Shown piece after piece: positions 52,098 through 64,000 of a DNA stretch of 64,000 bases (position 1 is its first letter; every line of letters starts with the position of its first letter). Origin of the DNA: Octopus vulgaris. Taxonomy: Eukaryota. The position numbers and the translations under genes are program-made. The stretch spans positions 16,740,001 to 16,804,000 of the forward strand of contig OX597836.1 in the NCBI GenBank assembly GCA_951406725.2. The letters run 5' to 3'. The notes below the pieces were generated by a model. The model was not told where the DNA came from. It ran no database searches and saw only the letters and a list, made by a program, of their open reading frames with translations.

Positions 52098-52917
52098 GTG
52101 AGTGTTTTGCTTCTGTTTCTTTGCCTATTTCTCTTTCTCTCCTTCTCTGTTGGCTTGTGTGTCTGTGTGTCACACTCAATGTGTTTGTGTGTGTGTGTGT
52201 GCATGTGTATGTGTGTGTGTATCTGGTGGTTTGAGTGTGGTGTAGAGGTGGAGGGAAGATAACGAGAGTAAATATTGTTTAGTTTTGAGCCGTCAGGTGA
52301 GTAGCCGCCTCTTATTATCTTTCTTTAGTCCCTCTTACATATTGTGTGTGTGTGTGTGTGTATGGGGGGGGGTGAGAATAATTATCTCACACCTCGTTAT
52401 CAATTGGTTTATCTCGGAGATTATTATTTTTTATTATTTTTGGAAAAACCAAGTGGGCTGTGTGGGGCACTGTTGCTGGAAAATTATATGCGACGCTCAT
52501 AATTTCTCTCTTTTTTTTCTCACCTGTCTCCTCTTTATTTCTATCTCTCTCTCTCTCTCTCTCTCGCTCTCTGTATGTAAGTGGTGGCTTTGGAGGTGGT
52601 GACGACGTCGATGATGATGATAATGATATTGTTGTTGTTTTTGTTGTCTCCACACTTTTATCTTGCGTTATTTTCGTTGAAGTTAGAAATAGGTGAAGAC
52701 AATGTTTTAACATTGAACAAGTCAGTTATCTCTGTCACTCAATCTCTCTCTCTTGCTCTCTCTCTCTCTCTCTCACTCTTTCACTCTCTCAGTATCTTTT
52801 TCTCTTTCTCTCTCTCTCTCTCTGTCACTCTGTCTCCCTCTGTCACATGCACACATCACACGAACACTGATGTATTTCTAGTGTGTTATTGATGATGATC
52901 GGAATAAGAGTTTATCA

Positions 52918-52921
52918 TTGA

Positions 52922-52994
<73 letters not shown>

Positions 52995-53020
52995 ATGATG
53001 ATGATGATGATGGTGGTGAT
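52918..53020. repeat. (GAT)n microsatellite
   Basis: Direct. Confidence 0.97.
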
Positions 53021-56000
53021 TGATTTTTGATCTCTTGGTTTATCTTTCTTGTCTTCGACGGTGATTTTGGGTGTTTGTTTTTGGGGTGTTTCTTTTATAA
53101 CCAAGCATACATACATACATGGAAGACGGATTTTAAATGGTGAAGGTGATGGTGATGATGATGATATACATGCATACATACTAACTAATCAATGGAACAG
53201 CCTGCTCATGAAATTAACATGCAAGTGGCTGAGCACTCCACAGACATGCACACCCTTAATGTAGTTGGAGTTAATCTCACTGCATTTCCATGACAAACAA
53301 ACACCCCAACCAAAATGAAATTGCATGGAGAGAAATCTTTAAACACTCTGTGTGTGTGTGTGTGCATGCGTGTGCATGGTGTGCATGCATGCATGTATGT
53401 GTGCAGGCGTGGCTGTGTTATGTGAAGTTTGCTTCCCAGCCACATGGTCCTGGGTTCAGTCCCACTGTGTGGCACCTTGGGCAAGTGTCTTCTGCTATAG
53501 CATTGGGTCGGCCAAAGCCTTGTGAGTGGATTTGGTAGACGGAAACTGGAAGAAGCCAATCAGGGGATTCAGCCATAGAAACCATGCCAAAAGGCAGCGA
53601 GCTGGCAGAAACGTTAGCACACAGGGCGAAATGCTTAGCGGTATTTCATCTATCTTTATGTTCTGAGTTCAAATTCCGCCGAGGTCGACTTTGCCTTTCA
53701 TCCTTTCGGGGTCGATAAATTAAGTACCAGTTACGCATTGGGGTCGATGTAATCGACTTAATCCCTTTGTCTGTCCTTGTTTGTCCCCTCTATGTCTAGC
53801 CCCTTGTGGGCAATAAAGAAGTAAGAAACCATGCCAAACAGACAGCAAGGATTGGTGCAGTCTTCCGACTTGTTGGTTCCTGTGGAACTGTCCAGGCAAT
53901 GCCAGCATGGAAAACAGACATGAAATGATAATTGTGTGTGTGTATGTGTGTGTTTTACTTGTCTCCCTGACATCACATGATAGTTGTTAATGAGTGCCAC
54001 TGTCATGCAAGTGCTGTCTTTTGTTTCTGATCACGGGGAAAAGACCAACTTGGAAACAGTTGACAGTTGGCAACGAGGAAGGCATCCAGCCATAGAAAAA
54101 TCCACTTCAACAAATATACCATCCAACAATCCAGACATGGAAAAGTGGACATAAAAATGATGATGGTGGCATAAATATGGTGAACTCTCCTGTTGCAGAC
54201 AACAAGTGATGGTTTCACATCTTACTTTGATTTTGAGTCGAGCTTTGATTAATATATAAGAGACACTCTATGGTGTTGATTGGCAATTGGTAATGACTGG
54301 CAATCTTGAGTAGGCTTATGCTTTCTTCTGTGGGAAGCAAACCCTGATTGGTGCTTGCTACATATCCACAATCACCTGCAACAAAATCGTTTGAAGTAGG
54401 TTCTTGTTGGTGCTTCTACTTAAGACTCGGACACAGTTGTTCACAGTGTTTCTGTCTCCTCCTTTTAACCCTTTCATTATCCTATTTCTGTTGAAATATA
54501 CTAACTTTGTTTTCAAATAATTTGAAAAATAATACTCTTTTACTTGCTTCAGGACTTATTCTTTGTAAACCTAGTACTTATTCTGTCGGTCTCTTTTGCC
54601 GAACTGCTAAGTTACGGGGACACAAATACACCAGTATCGGTTGTCAAACGATGTTGGGGGACAAACATGCACACACACATACATATATATATGACGGGCT
54701 GCTTTTCAGTTTCCGTCCACCAAATCCACTCACAAGGCTTTGGTCCACTGTCCTACATGTGGGGTCCTTCGTTTCCAGGCTTCTGCAAAAATCATGTGTG
54801 AAATATTATGCTGCCTGGAAACAGCAAGTGAGGGTAGGTGACAGGAAGGGCACCCAACCATAAGAAAATCCACCTTAACAAATTTCGTCTGACTCATGCA
54901 AGCACGGAAATTGGATGTTAAAACAATACTATATCGGGTGTAATATGTGAGGGTGCACGGCTCAGTGGTCAGAGTGTTAGACTTACAATTGTGAGGGTGT
55001 GAGTTCAAAGATGATGATGATGAGATAGAGGATAGTTTTGAATTGCTATGTAGCTGATTATAATTGTTTATACTAGCAGTAGTGATGGCTGTAGTGGTGG
55101 TAGTTGTTGTGGTTGTTGTTGTAGTGGTTGACTAAGTGTTGCAGTTAAGTTGTTTATCCTGCCAAGGAGAGCTGTCAAAATTAAGACCCGTTTAACGGAC
55201 TCGACTCGACTGTCTGCTCCATTCCACTCTATGTAACATGCAAAGCCACTACTTTCACTTCTCTGCACCACCACTACCACCATCACCACCACCGCCACCA
55301 ACAACAACAACAACACTGCTAGAGCAGTGGTAACGGTGGGAACATGCATGTGTGTGTGTGTGTGTAAGAAACTTCGAATAACTTCTGAGATCAAGAGCTT
55401 CTTGTATCTGTCATTATTTCCCCCTCCTCCTGCCCCCCCCCCCCTGCCCCTTGCCCCCCGCACCCCCATTTCTATAATTGTATAATGGTAGAAAGGTTGA
55501 GTTGACGACAACCCCTTCCCTGCCCCCCATCGTCAGACACTTGTGTTTATCTTACATTTGTACTGATTTCTCATTGCTAGTTGAAGTTTTTTTTTTTTTG
55601 TTGCTTACATTATGTAATAATAATAATTAATAAATATCGTTAAGTGTTGGTAGCGTCCTCTCCTCTCACTTTGCAATGTCTTCCTTTAATTATAGCATTA
55701 ACCCTTTAACTGCAAAATTTAATTTCATGGCTATTCCACTAATGATAGTAGATATTTCTTTTACTCTTTTACATGTCTCAGTCATTTGACTGTGGCCATG
55801 CTGGAGCACTACCTTTAGTTGAGCAAATTGATACCAGGACTTATTCTTTGTAAGCCTAGTACTTATCTATCACTAAGTTACGGGGACGTAAACACACCAG
55901 CATCGGTTGTCAAGTGATGTTGGGTGAACAAACACAGACACAAATACATATATACAACAGCCTTCTTTCAGTCTCCGTCTACCAAATTCACTCACAAGGC

Positions 56001-56216
56001 TTTGGTTGGCCCGAGGCTATAGCAGAAGACACTTGCCCAAGGTGCCATGCAGTGGGACTGAACCAGGAACCATGTGGTTCATAAGCAAACTACTTACTGC
56101 ACAGCCTCTCCTACGCCTATATAAAAAATACCAAAAGTAAAATAGAGTTGATATTTTTCTGCAAGGTACACTGCCTCAATAAACTTGACATATCTTAGCA
56201 AAAAGTAGTCAATTAA

Positions 56217-56789
56217 TCCTTCAGCATTTAATCTGATCATATCCAGCCCAAATATTCTACCTGTTTTATGTTAAAACTGACCAGATCCAATCTCTAACAC
56301 CTACCCTTCAATGTCATTTTAAAAATATAGTCACAAATGAAAATCAAATGGAAATTGTAGTTAAGATACCTCTGCCGGTGACACATTAAAAGCACTGTCC
56401 GAATGTGGCATATGCCAGCGCCACCTGACTGGCGTCTGTGTCGGTGACACATAAAAGCACCAACCGATCGTGGCCGTTTGCCAGCCTCCTCTGGCCCCTG
56501 TGCCAGTGGCACATAAATAGCACCTACTACACTCACGGGGGTGATTGGCGTTAGGAAGGGCATCCAGCTGTAGAAACACTGCCAGATCAGACTGGAGCCT
56601 GGTGCAGCCTCCTGGCTTCCCAGACCTGGTCGAACCGTCCAACCCATGCCAGCATGGAAAACGGATGTTAAATGATGATGCTGATGATGATTATCGAAAT
56701 CTCAAAGCCACAAGATAATGTTTGATTAATTCAAGATAATTTGAATAAATAAGCATTGCATTTGACAAAGAAATCTGAATGATAAAGGG
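56217..56789. mobile_element. piggyBac-type MITE (TTAA flanks) interrupted by a family-E retroposon
   Basis: TTAA|tccttcagcattt ... aatgataaaggg|TTAA; related to 62442-62662. Confidence 0.7.
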
Positions 56790-57649
56790 TTAAATTGACT
56801 CTAGTACTTGACCCATGAGAGTTGAAAGGCAATGTTGACCTCAGCAGGAGTTGAACTTAGCTGGAACAAATACTGATAGGCGTTTTGTTCCAATGACTGC
56901 CAGTTCAGGTGTATAGGTGAGAGATTTGGGCTGAGTGGAATTGTTTTTATTTATTTAATTTTTTTTACTGTAGGGAGAGGCTTGTTTCTGTTGTTTATTT
57001 GCTTGTGGCTTAATGGTTAGGGTGTTTGACTCATGATTGTAAGGTTGTGAGTTCGATTCTGGGTAGTGCATTGTCTCCTTGAACAAGACACTTTTATTTC
57101 ACCTTGCTCCAGTCCACTCATCATCATCATCATCATCGTTTAACGTCCGCTTTCCATGCTAGCATGGGTTCGATGGTTTGACTGTAAGCTGGCGAACCAG
57201 ATGGCTGCACCAGACTCCAGTCTTGATCTGGCAGAGTTTCTACAGCTGGATGCCCTTCCTAACGCCAACCACTCCGAGAGTGTAGTGGGTGCTTTTTATG
57301 TGCCAATGGCACGGGGGCCAGTCAGGCGGTACTGGCAATGACCTCGCTCGAATTTTTTTTTTTTTTGCCTACATGATATTGCTACATGTGCATACATACA
57401 TATTGTATGCCTACATGTGCATACATACATACATACTTTGCAAGCATACAGAAATGTATACATCAGTGTGTGTATATGCATATGTGTATGTATACACATA
57501 GAGGGATAGACATGTGCACACTCACATACATGGTGTGCACGAACATACATGCATGCTTGCAGATTGTATGTAACTGTATATATGCATATACAAGCATGCA
57601 TAAAGATATATATATATATATATATTTTGTTTTTTTGTATTTGACTTTG

Positions 57650-57694
<45 letters not shown>

Positions 57695-58976
57695 TAGATA
57701 GATAGATACATTGTATGCCTACATATGCATGCATACATGCATATTTTGCAAGCATACAGAAATGCATACATCAGTGTGTTATATGCATATGTGTTTGCAT
57801 GCATACTTACAAACATACACACTTGATCTTCCTATGTAGGGAGGTCATGCAAAGGTCAAGGGCACTGCCCTATCTCTCCTGATTAATTTAAACAAAAAAA
57901 ATATCTAAATAATGAATCTTATCAATCATTTACCTTTGCGCTTTTATTTTTATTTTCTTATTAACTTTTATCTTTGCTTATCTTCAGTAAATAAGCACAC
58001 ACAGTTACAGCATATCTTATGGTACTTGTGACACCATATGTTGTTCCATGAAGTACACTTCCAGTTGATTTAGCCCTTGGCTACTCAATTTATCTTGTTT
58101 TCCCCCTAGGCACTGTGCATCTAAGATTACATCATCTAATGTGCCTTTCTATATCTGTATTAAGAGGGTAGGCTATGATTCATAACAGAATTTTGGGTGC
58201 TATTTGTAGCAGTGTCAAGTACTCACCTAGACTACATGTTTTCAAGCAATTTGCTTATGTGGTTCACGGATGTGCCATGGAGTCCTGATGCAAGTCAGAA
58301 AATGATGCCAGGATATTTAGTGATCTTGTGTGTTTTTAATACATTGCATAGGACGACCTCAAGACACTGAACTTTACAGAGGAGATGACAAAGGACCGAG
58401 ATATCTGGTGCCTTGTCGTACTCAAGAAAACCCGTCCTTCACAGCAGAAGTATTAAGGCTGCTCCTACTGATGAAGATTGGCCTGCAAAAAGCACTGTGC
58501 TGGTGCCACATTAAAAGCACCGAACATGCACTGTAAAGTGGTTGGCATTAAGAACAGCATCCAGCCATAGAAACCAGGCCAATAAGACTGGAACCTGGTA
58601 CAGTTCTCCTGCTTGCCAGCACTGGTTAAACTGGTTAAATGATGATGATGATGATGCATAGCACATATATGACTGTTCATCATGTGATTTTGAGTTCAGT
58701 CCCATTATGTGGCATTATAATCCTGGACCAACCAAAGCCTTGAGAGTGGATTCTTTTTTAGTGGGAAACTGAAAAAAAAACCATATATATATATATATAT
58801 GTGTGTGTTAGAAAAAAAACATTGAATGGTACTGCCCAGGTGTCAAAACCATAATGATATCCATGGGGCAGCTGATGATGGAGGTATGTTGGATTGTCGG
58901 TATGGCTGTTTTTGTATATGGGGTTTAGTATTATTGCATTGTTGGTAACGGCTGTGGAATAGTATTATAACACATT

Positions 58977-59014
<38 letters not shown>

Positions 59015-59032
59015 TAAGATAAATATTTCAAT

Positions 59033-59101
59033 TACCTGAAGATTGACTGTAACCATAACTCGAATTATTGCAAATTGGACAGCCATGAAACGATCGTAGT
59101 G
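59033..59101 (+). ncRNA. Hammerhead-like motif with extended stem II
   Basis: UAC CUGAAGA UUGACUGU...ACAGCCAU GAAA CGAUCGU A GUG; stem III is the palindrome ACGAUCGU; stem II has mismatches. Confidence 0.5.
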
Positions 59102-59339
59102 TTTTACTCATTATCTTTTATTAAACTTTTAATACTTTTGATATATATTTAAAATAATATAAATTAATTAATTTTATGTATTGGCTTAAGTTTTTCATTG
59201 TTTAATTTGCCTAATAGTGGCTTTATCTCTAATTTAATATAATATTATATATATATATATATAACCAAATCAAATCAGATATCAGAAAGCAGAACCAAAA
59301 TCGAAGTCGATCAACATCAATGGAAATTGCAGCTGTGAT

Positions 59340-59704
59340 ACCAGTGCCGGTGACAAGTAAGCGAACCATCCGATCGTGGCCGTTGCCAGCGCCGCCCCAA
59401 CTGGCCTCCGTGCCGGTGGCACGTAAAAAGCACCATCCGATCGTGGCCGTTGCCAGCCTCGCCTGGCCTCCATGCCGGTGGCACGTAAAAAGCACCATCC
59501 ATCCGTGGCCGTTTGCCAGCTCCGTCTGGCACGTAAAAAGCACCCACTACACTCACAGAGTGGTTGGCGTTAGGAAGGGCATCCAGCCGTAGAAACACTG
59601 CCAGATCAGACTGGGCCTGATGCAGCCTTCTGGCTTCACAGACCCCAGCTGAACCGTCCAACCCATGCTAGCATGGAAAGCGGACGCTAAATGATGATGA
59701 TGAT
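59340..59704 (+). mobile_element. Family-E retroposon with 3-4 tandem hairpin modules
   Basis: Unit tgccggtggcacgtaaaaagcaccatccgatcgtggccgttgccagc is repeated. Confidence 0.88.
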
Positions 59705-61523
59705 ATATATATATATATATATAAAAAAGATGACAGGAAAAACAATGGTTTTGTTATGAACTTCAATAGCTTACAGCTGTTTCTGCTATAAGATGCTGTG
59801 AACTTGTAGTTGAGTGCTTGAATAACATGCCATAGGTTCATCGTATGTTGGTGACACTCGCTTACAGCTTGCACATAATGTCATTGCAAGGAGACAGTAA
59901 TACTCACACACACACACACACACACATACACTCTGTCTGTCTGTCTCATGACAGGTTTCTTCTGTCTACTAAATCCTCTCGCAAGGCTTTGGTCAGCCTG
60001 GGGCTATAGTAGAAGGTGCCGGGGTTGATTTGTGTATGTAAATGTATTTGCATACATACAAGTATTGCATGCATGCATGCATAGTATGTATCCATGAGTG
60101 TATGCATGTACCTATGTACATGTGTGTGTGTGTGTGTGTATGTGTGCATGCACTGGTGTGTATGTTGGCTGCAAATTGAGAAAGCACTTATGCGGTTGTT
60201 GGTAGGACACCTGTGCTAGACAGGCCTAACAATTAACTGAAGGTTATCTGTCAACTTTGACACCCAAAACATTCCATTTAGTTGCTATAAATATATACAC
60301 ATACACATATATATATACATACACACATATATAATACATGCATACATATACACATACACTTTGGACATTTTTAGCTGCTATCTACTAAAGATAGAACCAG
60401 CTACTGCTCTCTTTTTTTTCCCCCTAGTTTTTTTTGCAACCCCCCAATCACCCAACTCCTTACATACTTCCTCTCTTGTCTGTGTGTGTGTGTGAGGTGG
60501 TAGTATTAGGGTTAACTAATTGATGGTGCAGCCCCCCCCCTCCCCATTTTTTTTTAGCTTGAGATGATGGGTGGGGTACCTCGAGAACTGAGAGGGGAGA
60601 AAGTGTTATTTTGGAAAGTATTCACTGACTTTCTTGGCATTCTTATCCCCCCCCCAACAAACTAAGTAAGGTAGATAGGGACTGTGTGTGAGAATGTGTG
60701 CATCTGTATAGTATGTGTGTGTGTGTTTGTGTGGTATAGAGTGTGTGTAGGTATGTATGGTGTATACCGTCGGGTGAAATGCTTAGCGGTATTTCGTCTG
60801 CTGTTACGTTACGTTACGTTGTGAGTTCAAATTCCGCTGCGGTCGACTTTGCCTTTCATCCTTTAGGGGTCGATAAATAAAGTACCAGTTACGCACTGGG
60901 GTCGATGTAATCGACTTAATCCCTTTGTCTGTCCTTGTTTGTCCCCTCTATGTTTAGCCCCTTGTGGGTAATAAAGAAATAGGTATGTATGGTGTATAGT
61001 GAGTGTGTGTGTATGTATGATGCAGAGTGTGTGTGTGTGTGTGGTCTGTAGTGTGTATGTATGTATGTAGAATGTTGAGTGTGTGTATAATGTATTTATG
61101 CTTGTAAGTATAGTATGTAACTAAAGGATTACATAGATGTAGCATGGCCAAATGGTTAAGATGTTTGCTTCGCAATCATTTGATTGCAAGTTCAATCCCA
61201 CTGTGATGTCATCCACATATGTCTTTTTACCACAGCCAGGAATTGACCTGAGTTTTGTTGGTGACATTGGTAGACAGAAACTGTGCTGAAGCCTGTTTGG
61301 ATGTTTGTATGCAATAATTCAAATCACCAGCCTTGTTGTGCCACGCAATGTCACATTGATTTTGTTTAAGAGATATGCTAAGAGTACATGCATCTGTGGA
61401 GTATTCAGCCACAAGTAAGAGAAGGGCATCTGACTGTAGAAGAAAATCCTTTCTCTGTAGACTCTATCTGACCTATGCAAGCATGGAAAAAGTGGATGTT
61501 CAATGATTATGATGATGAATAAT

Positions 61524-61562
<39 letters not shown>

Positions 61563-61667
61563 ATATATATGTATATAGTTAATCCAAACAAGAAAGCACA
61601 AAAAAACACAACAACGCGAGGACGTGGAACAAATATAGTATTATTGGACGCTCAGGAAAGAAGGAGG

Positions 61668-61702
61668 ATTTAACGTTTCAAGCGGAGCTCTTCGTCGGAA
61701 AC
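61668..61702 (-). ncRNA. Second copy of the 15514 hammerhead motif (U4C variant) in repeat ~61580-61750
   Basis: - strand: GUUU CCGACGA A GAGC-UCC-GCUU GAAA CGU U AAAU; flanks are homologous to 15450-15605. Confidence 0.55.
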
Positions 61703-62441
61703 ATAGGAGAAGGGAAGACTGAGGAAAAAAAATCGCCAACGGTACCGGGTCACATATATATATACTGTGTCGGTGGCATGTAAAAAGCACCATCCGAACG
61801 TGGCCAATGCCAGCGCTGCCTTGACACAAGAACATGGTGTGTTTATGTGTCTGTAACTTAGCGGTTCAGCAAAAGAGACCAATAGAATAAGTACTAGGCT
61901 TACAAAGAATAAGTCCAGGGGTCAATTTGTTTGACTAAAAAATAAGGTGGTGCTCCATCATGGCCGCAATCAAATTACTGAAACAAATAAAATAATAAAA
62001 CTAAGGAACACTGTTCTGCTCCGCCTCCTCCTCCTCCTCCAATTTCTGGGGGTAGAGCCCCCACTTCTTTCTCTCACTCTCACTCCTTGTTCCCCACACC
62101 CCTTCAGTCCTCATGTTGCCGTAGTCATGACAACCAGACTCCCGTCACTGGATGTTGAATGTTCAGTTCTTCATGTTCTTGTATTCTTTGTTGAAAAGGA
62201 GTGGAACAGATGCCTTGTGGGTGACAAGTTGTGCAATGTGGGCTAGGTTAGCTACTCACCCCATCCCCAGCCACCACCCCTCATATGTACCTATAGACAT
62301 ATATACATATTTTTATTTTTCTTTGCTAGTTTCAGCTCAAGGGCTGCGGCCATGCTGGGGCACTGCCATTACTGCTGGGATATATAACCTTTTACTCGTT
62401 TCAGACATTGAACTGTGGCCATGTTGGGTGTAATGCCTTAA

Positions 62442-62662
62442 CCCTTTAGTGTTCGCATTATTCTGCCAAAATTAATCCTTTTTTATCCACATTGCCTTGA
62501 ACTAATCAGGCATTATCTTGGAGCTATGAGATTTTGATGAGGTAGCTGTTAATTTTTAAAACGATATTGTAGGGTTAGTGTGAGAGACCAGATCTGGCCA
62601 GTTTGAACATAAAACAAGCAGAATACTTTTGGCTAGATATGGCCGGTTTAAATGCAAAAGGG
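62442..62662. mobile_element. piggyBac-type MITE
   Basis: TTAA|ccctttagtgtt ... aatgcaaaaggg|cTAA. Confidence 0.7.
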
Positions 62663-63211
62663 CTAAATGTTCTGAAGGGTTTTAGTCAAATGAATCGATC
62701 CCAGTTCTTATCTTTTAAGCCTGGTATTTATTCTATTAGTTTCTTTCGTTTAACTGCTGTGTCACAAGGATGTAAACAAACCAACACTGGTTGGCAAGTG
62801 GTGGTTGGGGACAGACTCACACACACACCCACTCTCTCTCTCTTCCTCTCTTTCAGTTTCTGCCTATCAAATCCACTCAGAGGCTTTAGTAGAAGACACT
62901 TTGCCCAATGTGCCATACAGTGAGACTGAACCCTAAACCATATGGTTGGGAAGCAAGTTTCTTATCACACAGTCACACCTGTGCCTGCACACACACATAT
63001 GATGATGATATATATACCCTGCAGTAGAATTTGGTAACTCTTTGGGTGGGGCTTTTGAATAAATCCTACTGCCTGCCCCACCCTTCTCTTGGTATCATTT
63101 TTCTACTGTTATTGTACTACTATCTTTATCATCATCTCAATCATCATCATCACCATTAGCAGTATAAGCAACATTTGTCATCTTTATCATTGTCATCAGC
63201 GGCAGCAGCAA

Positions 63212-63590
63212 GGAGGCGCAATGGCCCAATGGTTAGGGCAGCGGACTCGCGGTCGGAGGATCGCGGTTTCAATTCCCAGACTGGGCGTTGTGTGTGTTTA
63301 TTGAGCGAAAACACCCAAAGCTCCATGAGGCTCCGGCAGGGGGTGGTGGCGACCCCTGTTGTACTTTTTCGCTCCAACTTTCTCTCACTCTTTCTTCCTG
63401 TTTCTTGTCCCCGACTTCCTACGCAACCGCTGAACTTGGATGCGCATTCATCCATCCGTTGATGCTCTCGGTGTCGGGGGTTGACCTGCTTTCTCTTCTG
63501 CGGGTCTTACGAATAGCAAAGGATCACATTTCGGACTTCTCCCACTAGGGATGAAGACCGCTTCGCTCAACAAACCAACAAACAAACAAA
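63212..63590 (+). mobile_element. Family-C SINE head with alternative tail 3
   Basis: Head matches 48898 onward, diverges after cttcctgtttct, and ends in (caaa)n. Confidence 0.82.
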
Positions 63591-64000
63591 AGCAGTAGCA
63601 GCATTACCACCACCATCATCACTACCATCACTCATCACCACATATATCACCACCATCACCATCAGATTTTGTCATTACTCTAAACTGGTATTTGCAATAG
63701 AGTTAATCAAACTAGCCACTTTCACAGTGAATATCCTAATCCAATCCTACTAGTGGTGACGATGCATTTGTGCAGCTATACATGCATGTGTAATTAATCC
63801 TTTATGAACACAGCTTCTGGCAAACTCTAATGAATTCCATAAACACTTTCCTGTTCATCCGATGTGTGATAAGAAGTTTGCTTGCCACTGGGAAAGTGTC
63901 TTCTACTACAGTCCCAGGCTGATTGAAGCCCCGTGAATGGATTTGGTAGACTGAAACTGAAAGAAGCCTGTTTGTATGCGCATGTGCATCTGTGTGTGTG

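Noticed and set aside
51968-52234. 88-aa ORF as a standalone gene
   Set aside because: It is CHERP exon 2 running past the GT donor at 52098 into (TG)n intron.
58840-58900. CUGAUGA next to a ctgccc/gggcag stem
   Set aside because: No correctly placed GAAA or stem II was found.
59340-59545. Repeat-spacer pattern resembling a CRISPR array
   Set aside because: Eukaryotic retroposon context, variable parts only ~6-12 nt, and no cas genes.

Overview
Repeat-dense, AT-rich animal genomic DNA. The SINE families and (TA)n/(TG)n/(GAT)n/(GATA)n/(GGT)n microsatellites look like an octopus (coleoid cephalopod) genome; this is inferred from memory of such repeats, not from a search. Two host genes are supportable. 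One is the first two coding exons of CHERP (+; 39860-39884 and 51927-52097, ~12 kb intron 1, CpG-rich promoter with paired ETS motifs). The other is an intronless 228-aa mucin-like type I membrane protein (-; 17068-17754). The rest is mostly mobile DNA: several SINE families with interchangeable heads and tails, RTE- and CR1/L2-type LINE remnants, Tc1, mariner and piggyBac fossils, non-autonomous Helitrons and MITEs. The most notable unexplained signals are minimal hammerhead-ribozyme motifs of the Penelope/retrozyme type, a 229-nt-period repeat-hairpin-repeat unit in CHERP intron 1 with degenerate hammerhead-like cores, and SINE-derived palindromes whose arms share private mutations. Nearly all other ORFs in the track are repeat artefacts. 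Repeat boundaries were read by eye and are approximate.
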